Numbered from the stretch's first letter, positions 37,712 through 47,228 are shown. The stretch is 64,000 nucleotides of DNA from Elusimicrobiota bacterium (GCA_029267355.1 JAJUJA010000004.1:1404-65403); one strand, 5' to 3'. A program made the numbers and translations. Notes: a model not told the origin generated them from the sequence alone.

Positions 37712-38956
37712 ATGGAACTTTTAGAAAAACTTGAAATATTGGCAAATTCAGCCAAGTATGACGCATCCTGCGCTTCAAGCGGTTCAGACAGGCAGGGGGG
37801 CGCCATAGGCAGCGCTCATATTTCAGGGATTTGCCATTCCTGGGCGGCTGACGGCCGCTGCGTTTCTCTTCTTAAAATACTTCTGACCAATATATGCGAA
37901 TATGACTGCGCTTACTGTATAAACAGGAAATCAAACAATATAAAAAGGACCGCTTTTTCTGCAGATGAGATATGCCGTCTCACCGCGGAGTTTTACAAAA
38001 GAAATTACATAGAGGGCCTTTTTTTGAGCTCTGCCGTTATAAAAAACCCTGACTTCACTATGGAGCTGATGATAAAAGCGGTAAAAAAGCTCAGAAAAGA
38101 ATACGGCTTTGCGGGCTATATACATTTCAAGGTTATACCCGGCTGCGATCTCAAACTGGTAAGGGAAGCGTCTATCTGGGCTGACAGAGTAAGCGTAAAC
38201 ATAGAACTTCCTGACCATAAAAGTCTTGAGAAACTCTGCCCTCAAAAAAACAAGGAAAGCGTTTTTAAGCCGATGAAATACGCGGCAGACCTTATACTTG
38301 AAAGCGCTCAAAGCAAAAAGCTTAAAATGGCGCCGGCCGGGCAAAGCACTCAGCTTATAGTCGGCGCGGATGAAAACAGCGATTTTAAAATACTAAATCT
38401 CTCTCAATGGCTTTACAATAGAATTTACCTTAAAAGAGTTTATTACTCTGGATTTGTCAGATTAAACGATGATTCCCGCCTGCCAGCCCTAAAAGAGCCG
38501 CCTCTTATAAGAGAACACAGACTGTATCAGGCGGACTGGCTTATGAGATTTTATAACTTCAAGGCGGATGAGCTTTTGAAAGATGGAGAAAATTTAAATC
38601 TTTTTTTTGACCCTAAAACGGCTTGGGCTCTTAAAAATCTGGATCTTTTCCCGGTTGAAATAAATAAAGCCGATTATGAGACTCTGCTCAGAGTGCCGGG
38701 CATAGGCATAATTTCGGCAAAGAAAATAATAAAGGCCAGAAAATTTACTTCTTTGACCGCTCAAGGGCTTAAGAATATGGGCGTATCGCTTAAGAAAGCC
38801 GTCTATTTTATTACAATAAGCGGCAAATATTACGGACTCAGGACCGGCAATAAAGAACGGCTTGAGAATCTTCTTCTGGAATACAAGCAGGATGAGCTTT
38901 TTGATTTGAAATCTCCGGCAAGAACATATATATCCGCCAATACCGGAAACTTGTAA
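37712..38956 (+). CDS. Putative DNA modification/repair radical-SAM protein (TIGR03916-type as I recall it)
   Basis: CEYDCAYC cluster motif. The N-terminal line ELLEKLEILANSAKYDASCAS is typical of this family. C-terminal helix-hairpin-helix LLRVPGIGIISAKKIIKAR. Confidence 0.8.
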   Translation: MELLEKLEILANSAKYDASCASSGSDRQGGAIGSAHISGICHSWAADGRCVSLLKILLTNICEYDCAYCINRKSNNIKRTAFSADEICRLTAEFYKRNYIEGLFLSSAVIKNPDFTMELMIKAVKKLRKEYGFAGYIHFKVIPGCDLKLVREASIWADRVSVNIELPDHKSLEKLCPQKNKESVFKPMKYAADLILESAQSKKLKMAPAGQSTQLIVGADENSDFKILNLSQWLYNRIYLKRVYYSGFVRLNDDSRLPALKEPPLIREHRLYQADWLMRFYNFKADELLKDGENLNLFFDPKTAWALKNLDLFPVEINKADYETLLRVPGIGIISAKKIIKARKFTSLTAQGLKNMGVSLKKAVYFITISGKYYGLRTGNKERLENLLLEYKQDELFDLKSPARTYISANTGNL

Positions 38957-39679
38957 ATGAAAATAATATACGACTCCACCTATGCCGGCTTTTTAAACGC
39001 CCTGAGCAAATCGCTTGAGGAAGGGCATGAAGAAATATCTGCTTTTGAAAGCGAAGGCCTTTTTGAAACAAATTTTCTAATTTCATCGGATTTGAAGGCC
39101 GCGGAGGCGTTTGAAAACAAAATAGAAAAAATTTCTCCGCAGGCGCTTAAGGTCATCAGGCTTTTATGGCTTTCCGAATCAAAGGGCTTTGAGAACCTCG
39201 CGCTCGGCTATATTAAAAATCTGTTCAAATACGGCGCCGAAGGCCTGAATAATATACAGAACATTTATGTTGCCAAATCTGACAGAATCGCCAAAAAAGT
39301 TTTAAGCGAGGTTCATCGTTTCAAAGGTTTTGTCAGATTTTCTCAGACCGCAGGCGGTCTTATGTTTGCCGAAATAGAGCCTCAGCATAATATACTGCCT
39401 TTAATAAAAGGCCATTTCCGTACGCGCTTCGGCAAAATGCCTTTCCTGATCTATGATAAAAAAAGGAAACTTTCCCTTGTAAATATTGAAGGGAAATGCG
39501 AAATAAAAAACATTGAGCCTGATTTCGAGGCTTCTTTTGAAAATGACGCTGAAATAGAAAAACTCTGGCTCAAGTTTTTTCAGACAATAGCCATAGAAAG
39601 CAGAAAAAACGAAAAACTTCAAAAAAGTTTTGTGCCTTTGAAATACAGGCGCAATATGACCGAGTTTCGCATTAAATGA
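38957..39679 (+). CDS. DUF4130 / probable DNA metabolism protein (TIGR03915-type partner of the radical-SAM protein)
   Basis: It starts on the base after the radical-SAM stop. MKIIYDSTYAGFLNAL.. and ..EVHRFKGFVRFSQ..G.MFAEIEPQHNILPL.. match my memory of this family. Confidence 0.7.
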   Translation: MKIIYDSTYAGFLNALSKSLEEGHEEISAFESEGLFETNFLISSDLKAAEAFENKIEKISPQALKVIRLLWLSESKGFENLALGYIKNLFKYGAEGLNNIQNIYVAKSDRIAKKVLSEVHRFKGFVRFSQTAGGLMFAEIEPQHNILPLIKGHFRTRFGKMPFLIYDKKRKLSLVNIEGKCEIKNIEPDFEASFENDAEIEKLWLKFFQTIAIESRKNEKLQKSFVPLKYRRNMTEFRIK

Positions 39680-39694
39680 TAGAATTTAAATATT

Positions 39695-40183
39695 ATGAAC
39701 ATTTTTGAAGCCAGAAAAGACTTTTCTGTCAAATTCATTACCGGCCTTTTTATCTTTATTATTCATATTCCGTTAATTATGTACTTTCTTATGCCCGGAA
39801 AAACTTTTACAGTTCTGGCAGTTTTCATAATACTGCTGGCGGCGCTTTTGATTACATTTATCTATGCGCCGAAATCTTATGAAATAGACGATGAAAGCGT
39901 GATAATAAAAAGGCGCGCCGGAGACATTGCAATCTATTTTGACTCAATAGAAGAAGTTAAAGAGCTTTCAGGGGATGAATTGAAAGGTTCCTTAAGGCTT
40001 TTCGGCTCAAGCGGCCTTTTCGGCTTCTTTGGAATTTTTTACAAAAAAGGCTGGGGGAGATTCACGGCCTACTGCTCTAACTCCAGCGATTTAGTGTTTA
40101 TAAGAACTGAAAAAATATGGCTTATTTCCCCCCATCAAAAAGAAATTTTTGTCTCGGTCTTAAAAGAAAAATTAAAAAAATAA
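39695..40183 (+). CDS. Membrane protein with a bacterial PH-like domain
   Basis: Two N-terminal TM segments, then a YEIDDESVIIKRRAGDIAIYFDSIEEVK.. pattern typical of bPH domains. Confidence 0.6.
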   Translation: MNIFEARKDFSVKFITGLFIFIIHIPLIMYFLMPGKTFTVLAVFIILLAALLITFIYAPKSYEIDDESVIIKRRAGDIAIYFDSIEEVKELSGDELKGSLRLFGSSGLFGFFGIFYKKGWGRFTAYCSNSSDLVFIRTEKIWLISPHQKEIFVSVLKEKLKK

Positions 40184-40212
40184 TCTTTAGAGTTTTAGGC
40201 AAACTCTTACTC

Positions 40213-43200
40213 TTATATTGAAAAATAAACGGCCTTGGGATTATGGAGTATGAAAGATGAAACCCCCGCTTCAGGCTCCATCATAAAATTTTCCGTAAGC
40301 TCAAGCCCTATATCGCCCGGGGAAATCAAAGAAAACAATTTGGCCTGATTTGACATATCCGGACAGGGCGGATAGCCGAAAGAATATCTTTTGCCTCTGT
40401 AATCGGCCCCGGGCAGATCTTCCAAAGGCCCGCCTTCTGAAATCCCCCAGTCTTCGCGGACAAAACGATGCAGCACTTCGGTAAAACTTTCAGCCAGCAT
40501 CAAAGCCAGCGCCTCAAGCAGATAGGCCTTTACATAAAGTCCTTTTTTTCTTAACTGCTCTGTCTTCTCTTTCAGCCCCTGACCGCAATTTACGGCAGTA
40601 AAAGCCATAAAATCTTTTCTGCCGGCCGAAACGGGCGCTATAAAGTCGGCTATGCACAAAAAATCGCCTTTAGTCTGCCTTGGGAAATGTATTTCGCTTA
40701 AAATCTGAGAATTATCTCCAAATATCAGAACTGAATTCTCTCTGGAGTTGACAGGGAAAAATTTATAGATTCCCCTGGCCCTTATAAGTTTCTCAGCTGC
40801 GATTTCTTTTCGCAACTCCTCTATTTCTTTATGCGCTTTTTCAAGATTTGGCGCATTTTTAGGGCCAGCTTTAAGGAATTTAAAATTAAACATCGGCCAG
40901 TCTATATTTTCAAACAGGACATCAATATCAAAATCGTCAAATATCTTTCTTTCAAAATCTTTCGGATAAGGTATATCCTGCGGATAAAGATCCTTTCTAG
41001 CTTTTACCGCGGCGGTTTTTTCTGCGTCCGGTGAACGGCTTGATGAAATTTTATTTTCATCTTTGAGATTTCCGGACAGATAAGCCAGAGCCTTGTTCAA
41101 TCCGTCCATAGCGTCTTTGGCGTATATGACCTTTCCTTCGTAAAACGGAGCGATATTATCCGCCACATATTTTTCACTTAAAGCCGCCCCGCCCAGAAGG
41201 AGAGGCGCGTTTATTTTGTTCATAGCCAGCTCTCTGGCGGCAATGGCCATCTGCTCTGTTGAGCGCACAAGCAGACCGCTTAAACCTATAAAATCCGGTT
41301 TTTCGGCCAAAGCCGCTTCCACTATGGTTTCAGGCGCGGCTTTAACGCCAAGATCTTTTATCTCAAAACCGTTGGATTCAAATATTACGGCGGCAAGATT
41401 TTTCCCTATATCATGCACATCGCCTTTGACCGTGGCCAGAAGAATCTTTCCCCTTTTTGGGGCCTGACTTTTTCTGAGATACGGCTCAAGAACTGAAACG
41501 GCCTTTTTAACCGCCTGCGCCGATGAAAGGACTTCCGTAACTATAAGGTCGCCTTTGGCAAAAAGCCGTCCCACCTCGCCCATAGCTTTAAGTATGGGGC
41601 CATTGACTATGTCCATAGGCGATACCGCGGCCAATTCGCTTTTTACCGCCTCTTCAAGCCCGCTGTGCAGGCCGTTCAATATGCAATTGTAAATCTTTTG
41701 CGAAGCGGAAATATTTTCCGCCTCTTTCTTTTCCTCTTTCTTTCCCCTGAAATAATCAGCCAGCTCCAAAGCGGCATTATCTTTCAGCGCATAGATAAGA
41801 TTTTCGCAAAGCTCTATCTCTTTTTTGTCAATTGAAGAATATCTCCTGAGCTTTTCTATATTGACTATGGCGCTGGCCAGGCCTTTCATAACCGCCTGTC
41901 TTAAGAAAACTGAATTAAGAACCTCTCTCGCCTTTGGCGGAAGGCCGAAGGAGACATTGCTTATGCCGAGTATGGTTTTCACTCTGGGATAGGCCTTTTT
42001 CAGCTCGCCTACGGCTTTTATAGTTTCAGCCGCGCTGTATTTATAATCTCCGCCTACGCCGGCAGGGAAAACCAGTGCGTCAAATATAAGGTCCTGCTCA
42101 GGCAGGCCGTTTTTCTTCACCATGAAATCATAAGCTCTTGCGGCTATGGCCATCTTCCTTTCGCAGGATACAGCCATGCCTTTGGCCTTATCTTCGTCTA
42201 TAAGTCCGAAAACTATTTTGGCGCCGTATTTTCTATTAAGCTCAATTGCCTTAAGCGGTTTTTCTTCGCCGAATTCAAAATTCACAGAATTTATTATGAT
42301 TTTACCGGCACTTATCTTACAGGCCAATTCAGCGGCTTCAAGATTGGTGGTATCTATCATCAAAGGTATTTTCACGGCCCCGCTCAGCATAGGCAAAAAT
42401 ACGGATAAATCCTCAATTTCATTTCTGTCAGGATTGGCCAAGCATATATCAAGGGCATGAGCTCCGCAGGCCGCCTGCGTCTTTGCCAAATCAACTGCCT
42501 CCTGCCACTGCCCCGCGGCAACCATATCCCTGAATTTTTTGCTTCCTATTGAATTATTCCTTTCGCCTATAAGCATAGGCGGCTCTATCTCGTCAAAGTA
42601 AAAAGCTGACAAATGCGATACCGCCCATCTGTCATTTTCGGCCGCAGCTCTCGGCGCGGCTGAGGAAAGTTTCTCATTAAGCGACCTTATATGCTCAGGT
42701 CCAGTTCCGCAGCAGCCGCCCGCTATGTTTATCAGGCCTTCCTTGGCATAAGAAAGCATATGAGAAGAAAAAATTTCTGGCGTCTGTTTATAGACGCCAT
42801 TCTCATCCGGCAAGCCGGCATTGGGCATTACAAATAAAGGGAAACGGCTTATTTTAGACAAAGTTCTGAGCCTTAAAGCCATATCCTCGGGCCCTGTTGA
42901 GCAGTTAAAGCCGAAAGCGAAAAGCGGAAAATGCTCCAGCGCCCAGTAAGCCGATTCAACGCAATGGCCGCTCAAGGTAAGATTGTTTTTATCCATCGTA
43001 ATTGAGGCGATTACGGGCAGAGAAATATTTCTCTCCTTCATCAATTCAAAAACGCCGGTCAGGCCGGCTTTCAAATTCAAAATATCATGAGCTGTTTCAA
43101 GAAGCAGAATATCCGCTCCGCCATCTATCAGCCCTTCAGCCTGTCTCCTATAAGCCAGGCGCATAAAATCAAAGTCATAATTTCTGTTCACGAAAGCTGA

Positions 43201-43566
43201 TACTGTTGTGGGGCCGATCGAGCCTGCGACAAATCTCGGCTTTGCCGCGGATGAAAACTTCAAGGCGGACGCTTTGGCTATTTCCGCGGCCTTTTTGTTT
43301 ATCTCAAAAACCTTATCTTCAAGCCCGTATTCACCCAAAGTTATGGGATTTGCGCCGAAAGTATTTGTTTCTATTACATCCGCGCCGGCTGAAAGATACT
43401 TCTCATGCACAAGAGAAATCAGGTCCGGTCTTGTGAAATTAAGCCACTCATTAAGCCCGTCATAAGCGCCGAAATCGGCTTCTGCCGGTTTCATAAGCGC
43501 CAGCTGAGTACCGGTGGCTCCGTCAAATATCAGTATCCTGTTCTTTATTACTTCCTGAAGAGTCAT
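40213..43566 (-). CDS. metH: Cobalamin-dependent methionine synthase
   Basis: Hcy-binding, pterin-binding, B12-binding (GDVHDIGKN) and activation domains, in 1117 aa. Confidence 0.95.
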   Translation of the reverse strand: MTLQEVIKNRILIFDGATGTQLALMKPAEADFGAYDGLNEWLNFTRPDLISLVHEKYLSAGADVIETNTFGANPITLGEYGLEDKVFEINKKAAEIAKASALKFSSAAKPRFVAGSIGPTTVSAFVNRNYDFDFMRLAYRRQAEGLIDGGADILLLETAHDILNLKAGLTGVFELMKERNISLPVIASITMDKNNLTLSGHCVESAYWALEHFPLFAFGFNCSTGPEDMALRLRTLSKISRFPLFVMPNAGLPDENGVYKQTPEIFSSHMLSYAKEGLINIAGGCCGTGPEHIRSLNEKLSSAAPRAAAENDRWAVSHLSAFYFDEIEPPMLIGERNNSIGSKKFRDMVAAGQWQEAVDLAKTQAACGAHALDICLANPDRNEIEDLSVFLPMLSGAVKIPLMIDTTNLEAAELACKISAGKIIINSVNFEFGEEKPLKAIELNRKYGAKIVFGLIDEDKAKGMAVSCERKMAIAARAYDFMVKKNGLPEQDLIFDALVFPAGVGGDYKYSAAETIKAVGELKKAYPRVKTILGISNVSFGLPPKAREVLNSVFLRQAVMKGLASAIVNIEKLRRYSSIDKKEIELCENLIYALKDNAALELADYFRGKKEEKKEAENISASQKIYNCILNGLHSGLEEAVKSELAAVSPMDIVNGPILKAMGEVGRLFAKGDLIVTEVLSSAQAVKKAVSVLEPYLRKSQAPKRGKILLATVKGDVHDIGKNLAAVIFESNGFEIKDLGVKAAPETIVEAALAEKPDFIGLSGLLVRSTEQMAIAARELAMNKINAPLLLGGAALSEKYVADNIAPFYEGKVIYAKDAMDGLNKALAYLSGNLKDENKISSSRSPDAEKTAAVKARKDLYPQDIPYPKDFERKIFDDFDIDVLFENIDWPMFNFKFLKAGPKNAPNLEKAHKEIEELRKEIAAEKLIRARGIYKFFPVNSRENSVLIFGDNSQILSEIHFPRQTKGDFLCIADFIAPVSAGRKDFMAFTAVNCGQGLKEKTEQLRKKGLYVKAYLLEALALMLAESFTEVLHRFVREDWGISEGGPLEDLPGADYRGKRYSFGYPPCPDMSNQAKLFSLISPGDIGLELTENFMMEPEAGVSSFILHNPKAVYFSI

Positions 43567-43703
43567 CTGAAACCCGCTATATCCGGCCCGTAAAGAGTGA
43601 AAGCCAGGGCTATATAAACGAAATGAAGGAAGATAAAAAGCGAAGCGCAGGCTATAAAAACTTCAAGCCAGTTGTCATGCCATTTTTTCAGAAATTCCTT
43701 CAT
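43563..43703 (-). CDS. Mini membrane ORF c (46 aa), translationally coupled to metH
   Basis: Manual translation gives MKEFLKKWHDNWLEVFIACASLFIFLHFVYIALAFTLYGPDIAGFR. Its TGA overlaps the metH ATG (ATGA). Below the ORF-track size cut-off. Confidence 0.45.
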   Translation of the reverse strand: MKEFLKKWHDNWLEVFIACASLFIFLHFVYIALAFTLYGPDIAGFR

Positions 43704-43816
43704 TTCCCAAATCCGTAAATCAAAAGATTATAAAGCAGAAAAAAGTCGGCTATTAAAAAGAAAATTGAAACCGGCGCCAGAATAAAAGCCGAAAATAAAA
43801 GCAGTTTTCTCTTCAC
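43700..43816 (-). CDS. Mini membrane ORF b (38 aa)
   Basis: GTG start. (M)KRKLLLFSAFILAPVSIFFLIADFFLLYNLLIYGFGK. GTGA overlap with ORF a and ATGA overlap with ORF c. Confidence 0.4.
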   Translation of the reverse strand: MKRKLLLFSAFILAPVSIFFLIADFFLLYNLLIYGFGK

Positions 43817-43944
43817 GAGAATGTCCTCTCTATAAGTCTGTAAATCATGATGATGTTCATTATCAGGAGACCTGCCGAAAAAATCAGCATTAAAGCGGAT
43901 ATGAACATAAAAATCTTTTTGACAATCTCTTTTAGCGCCGTCAT
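43813..43944 (-). CDS. Mini membrane ORF a (43 aa)
   Basis: MTALKEIVKKIFMFISALMLIFSAGLLIMNIIMIYRLIERTFS. The ATG is 4 nt after the tatD stop. Confidence 0.4.
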   Translation of the reverse strand: MTALKEIVKKIFMFISALMLIFSAGLLIMNIIMIYRLIERTFS

Positions 43945-43948
43945 ATCA

Positions 43949-44746
43949 TCATTTTATAAAACTGCGGGAATTATTATACACCGCATTTTCGGCCGCGGAA
44001 AAGGAAAAGCCGCAAAAGGCGGATATTTCAGCCGCTATTTGCGGAATTTTAGAAGAGTCATTTCTTTTGCCGCGAAAATTCTGAGGCGGCAAATAAGGAC
44101 AATCAGTCTCAAAAACTATATTTTCAGGTCCGGCTTTCTTTACGATTTCTCTCAATTGACTGTTTTTGGGATAAGTAAAAGTCCCGTTTATGCCAAGATA
44201 CAAACCGAGCTCCAAAGCCCTTTGTGCGTCAATGTCTGAGCCTGAAAAAGAATGTAGAATGCCTCTTTTTTTGCCGGTACTATTGAAATTCCAGTTTTTC
44301 TCAATCAAATCAAGCAAGTCGCCATAGGCATTATCATCGGCGTCTTTTCCGTTTCTGCAATGGAAAACGCAGGGCAGCGAAAGGCTCTCGGAAAGTGAAA
44401 GCTGGGCCAGCAAAAGCTCCTTTTGCCTTTGCTTATTGTCATTTACCCAGTAATAATCAAGGCCTGTTTCGCCGATAAAAAGAGTTCTTTCCCCTTTAAG
44501 CTTTTCTTTGAGCTTTTCCAAATCTTCGGATTTATATTTTGAAGCGTATTCGGGATGAATGCCGTAGGCGAAATAAAAGTTTTTGCCGTAATCTGAAAAA
44601 AGCGGATCTTTTTGCCAATCCTCCGGAGAGCATAGAATTTCAAAAAAAAACTCAAGCCCCGCCGATAAAGCGGCTTCTATAATTTCATTTCTGTCGGAAT
44701 TGAAAGCGCCGTCTGAAAAATGGCAATGAGTATCAATATAAGGCAT
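43949..44746 (-). CDS. tatD: TatD-family metal-dependent hydrolase/DNase
   Basis: IDTHCHF.., ..IGETGLDY.., ..VFHCR.., ..HSFSG.. and ..ETDCPYL.. motifs. Confidence 0.9.
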   Translation of the reverse strand: MPYIDTHCHFSDGAFNSDRNEIIEAALSAGLEFFFEILCSPEDWQKDPLFSDYGKNFYFAYGIHPEYASKYKSEDLEKLKEKLKGERTLFIGETGLDYYWVNDNKQRQKELLLAQLSLSESLSLPCVFHCRNGKDADDNAYGDLLDLIEKNWNFNSTGKKRGILHSFSGSDIDAQRALELGLYLGINGTFTYPKNSQLREIVKKAGPENIVFETDCPYLPPQNFRGKRNDSSKIPQIAAEISAFCGFSFSAAENAVYNNSRSFIK

Positions 44747-44757
44747 AATGGGAAATT

Positions 44758-45879
44758 TTACTTCTTTTCTTTGGCCTTCCAGCTCAAATAGCTGTGCATA
44801 AAGGGATCCAAATCGCCGTCCATGACATCCTGTATCTGCGAGGTCTCATAATCGGTTCTCAAATCTTTCACCAGCTGATAAGGCATGAAAACATATGAGC
44901 GTATCTGATGGCCCCAGCCTATATCGCCTTTCTCGTCATAATGCTTTTCCATAGCCGAGCGTTTTTTGTCCATTTCTATTTCATAAAGCTTGGCCTTAAG
45001 CAGCTTCATGGCATTTTCTCTGTTTTGATGCTGCGACCTTTCTGTCTGGCACTGCACCACTATACCGCTCGGCTTATGCGTTATTCTAACCGCAGTTTCA
45101 ACCTTATTGACATTCTGTCCGCCATGCCCGCCGGCCCTGTATGTGTCAAGGATCAAATCGCTGTCGGATATTTTTATATCTATTTCCTCGTCTATATCGG
45201 CAAGCACATCCACTGAAGCAAAAGATGTATGGCGCCTTTTATTTGCGTCAAAAGGAGAAATTCTTACAAGTCTGTGTACGCCTATCTCGCTTTTCAAATA
45301 GCCGTAGGCGTACTTGCCGCGCACAAAAGCGGTCACGCTCTTTATGCCGGCCTCTTCCCCCTGCAGTATATCCGTTATTGAAAACTCAAAACCTTTCCTT
45401 TGAGCCCAGCGCTGATACATTCTCAAAAGCATCTGAGCCCAGTCGCAGGCTTCAGTGCCGCCGGCGCCTGAATGTATGCTCAATATGGCATCATCTTTAT
45501 CAAGAGGATTAGAAAGCTTCAGCTCAAAATCAAGGGCCGACAGCGAGGCCTGCAATTTTTTAAGCCCATCATAGACGACCTGCATCTCGGCCGTATCATT
45601 CATCTCTTTTACAAGGTCAAAATGAACTTTGAAATCCTCAATTTCTTTTTTCGCTTTTTCCAGTTCGGAAATATTTTTCTTTATTTCGTTTATTTCCTTT
45701 ACAAGCTTGCCCGCAGCCCTCTGATCGTTCCAGAAGCCGTCTCTTTGCGTCTCCTTTTCCAGCTCGGCAAGTTTAAGCTGCTTTTCTTCAATGTTGAATA
45801 TGGACAAAATCTCGCTGTAAAATTTTTCAAGATATTCTATTTTATTGGCTATATCTTTAAGCTCTATATTTTCTGCCAT
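44758..45879 (-). CDS. prfB: Peptide chain release factor 2 (no programmed frameshift)
   Basis: SPF tripeptide (RISPFD) and GGQ ([10 protein letters not shown]). A continuous ORF from MAENIELKD. Confidence 0.95.
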   Translation of the reverse strand: MAENIELKDIANKIEYLEKFYSEILSIFNIEEKQLKLAELEKETQRDGFWNDQRAAGKLVKEINEIKKNISELEKAKKEIEDFKVHFDLVKEMNDTAEMQVVYDGLKKLQASLSALDFELKLSNPLDKDDAILSIHSGAGGTEACDWAQMLLRMYQRWAQRKGFEFSITDILQGEEAGIKSVTAFVRGKYAYGYLKSEIGVHRLVRISPFDANKRRHTSFASVDVLADIDEEIDIKISDSDLILDTYRAGGHGGQNVNKVETAVRITHKPSGIVVQCQTERSQHQNRENAMKLLKAKLYEIEMDKKRSAMEKHYDEKGDIGWGHQIRSYVFMPYQLVKDLRTDYETSQIQDVMDGDLDPFMHSYLSWKAKEKK

Positions 45880-45925
45880 AAGGAAATTTTAGCATTTATG
45901 CGGCAAATTGTCCTGAAAACGGCTT

Positions 45926-46111
45926 CTAAAAATATCTCCAGGCGCCAAGCAGGAAATGCAAAACGGCGAATATTAGCGCGCTGAAAGCGCAAATTTTATG
46001 GTATTTAAGTCCGAAACGGCGCATATTAAGGCCTAAAAAAACGGCCGCCGCAAGCGAAATGCCTGCGGCTATGCCGAACCATATATAAAGCGGCCTGTCA
46101 AAAAAGGTCAT
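45926..46111 (-). CDS. Two-TM small membrane protein coupled to the cytochrome b5-like gene
   Basis: 61 aa with two hydrophobic helices and two His residues (YHKICAF.., AVLHFLL). 4-nt overlap with the upstream gene. Confidence 0.55.
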   Translation of the reverse strand: MTFFDRPLYIWFGIAAGISLAAAVFLGLNMRRFGLKYHKICAFSALIFAVLHFLLGAWRYF

Positions 46112-46542
46112 TTTTTCTCCGCTTTAACTTCCTTATTTTCTTTTTCAGCTTCCCGCGATTTTTTTACTTCGGCTTTTTCATCCTTCTTTTCAGAAACAGG
46201 GCTGTCAACCAAAACTCCGACTTTCGGCATTTTCTCAAGTATCTTGCCGCCCTTATGTATTCTTTGCGGCGCCTTTTCCTTTATATCTCTGGTCAAATCC
46301 TCTCCCGCCTGATGCATTTTCATATGCGTTCCGCTTTTCCAGTATTTGGACTTGCTGACATCATAAACAATGCCGTCCACGGCGACATAAACAGGTTTCC
46401 CGTCCTTGCCGTTGTACTGCTTCAGTTCTTCAGAAGTGAATTTTCTATTTTTCCATGACTCGTCTTTTGAAGCTTCTTTTTTCTGGGCTAAAACCGGCGC
46501 TATAAAACCGGCCACAAGCGCTATTATCACTAATTTCCTCAT
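46108..46542 (-). CDS. Exported cytochrome b5-like heme/steroid-binding domain protein
   Basis: Signal peptide MRKLVIIALVAGFIAPVLAQ (start trimmed to ATG 46542 after GGAGG). FTSEELKQYNGKDGKPVYVAVDGIVYDVS..W..G.H fits the COG4892-type pattern. Lys/Glu-rich tail. Confidence 0.7.
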   Translation of the reverse strand: MRKLVIIALVAGFIAPVLAQKKEASKDESWKNRKFTSEELKQYNGKDGKPVYVAVDGIVYDVSKSKYWKSGTHMKMHQAGEDLTRDIKEKAPQRIHKGGKILEKMPKVGVLVDSPVSEKKDEKAEVKKSREAEKENKEVKAEKK

Positions 46543-46554
46543 CTTTGCCTCCAT

Positions 46555-47061
46555 TTACTTTACTGCTTCAACTATGGCCTCGCCGTAAGCTTTCGCGGCG
46601 GCTGGGCCGTTGGCGGTTATTATATTTGAATCTATTTCCAGCTCCTTGCCGGTATAAACGGCGCCATTGGCTACAAGCTCATTTGAGCCGTCAGGCCATA
46701 CTGTGGCTTTTTTATTTTTCAAAAGCCCCGCATGCGCCAGTATGACAGGCGAAATGCAAATAGCTGCTATCGGTTTTCCCTGAGCATGAAAATCTGTGAA
46801 CATTTTATGCACCTTAGGTTTGTCCAGATGTTCCAAAGCGCCCGGACCGCCGACCAGAGCCATGCAGGCATAATCTGAAATATTCACCTCGTCTAAAACC
46901 TTGTCAACTTGAGCCGTTATCTTTATCTTGCCTCTGGCCAGCCCTTTTGAAGTTGAAATTGTCTCAACCGTAAGGCCGGCTTTCTCCATTATTCTCTTCG
47001 GCTCGGCATATTCCTCATCCCTGAAGCCCTGAAAAGCTATAAATAAAGCCGCTTTCTTCAT
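46555..47061 (-). CDS. DJ-1/PfpI-family protein
   Basis: Nucleophile-elbow motif PIAAICISPVILA. The start is trimmed to ATG 47061 after GGAGGG. Confidence 0.85.
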   Translation of the reverse strand: MKKAALFIAFQGFRDEEYAEPKRIMEKAGLTVETISTSKGLARGKIKITAQVDKVLDEVNISDYACMALVGGPGALEHLDKPKVHKMFTDFHAQGKPIAAICISPVILAHAGLLKNKKATVWPDGSNELVANGAVYTGKELEIDSNIITANGPAAAKAYGEAIVEAVK

Positions 47062-47140
47062 ATTTCCCTCCACACTCAATTTTATTAAAAAGAGAAAATT
47101 AAACCAAGAAAGTAAAAATTTTGTAAAATTATTTCAGTAA

Positions 47141-47212
<72 letters not shown>

Positions 47213-47228
47213 TTGTTTTTTTAGAGCT

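Noticed and set aside
44758-45879. Programmed +1 frameshift expected in prfB
   Set aside because: The ORF is continuous from MAENIELKD.. through the SPF and GGQ motifs. No in-frame UGA or CUU-UGA-C site occurs near codon 25. This RF2 gene simply lacks the autoregulatory frameshift, as in a sizeable minority of bacteria.
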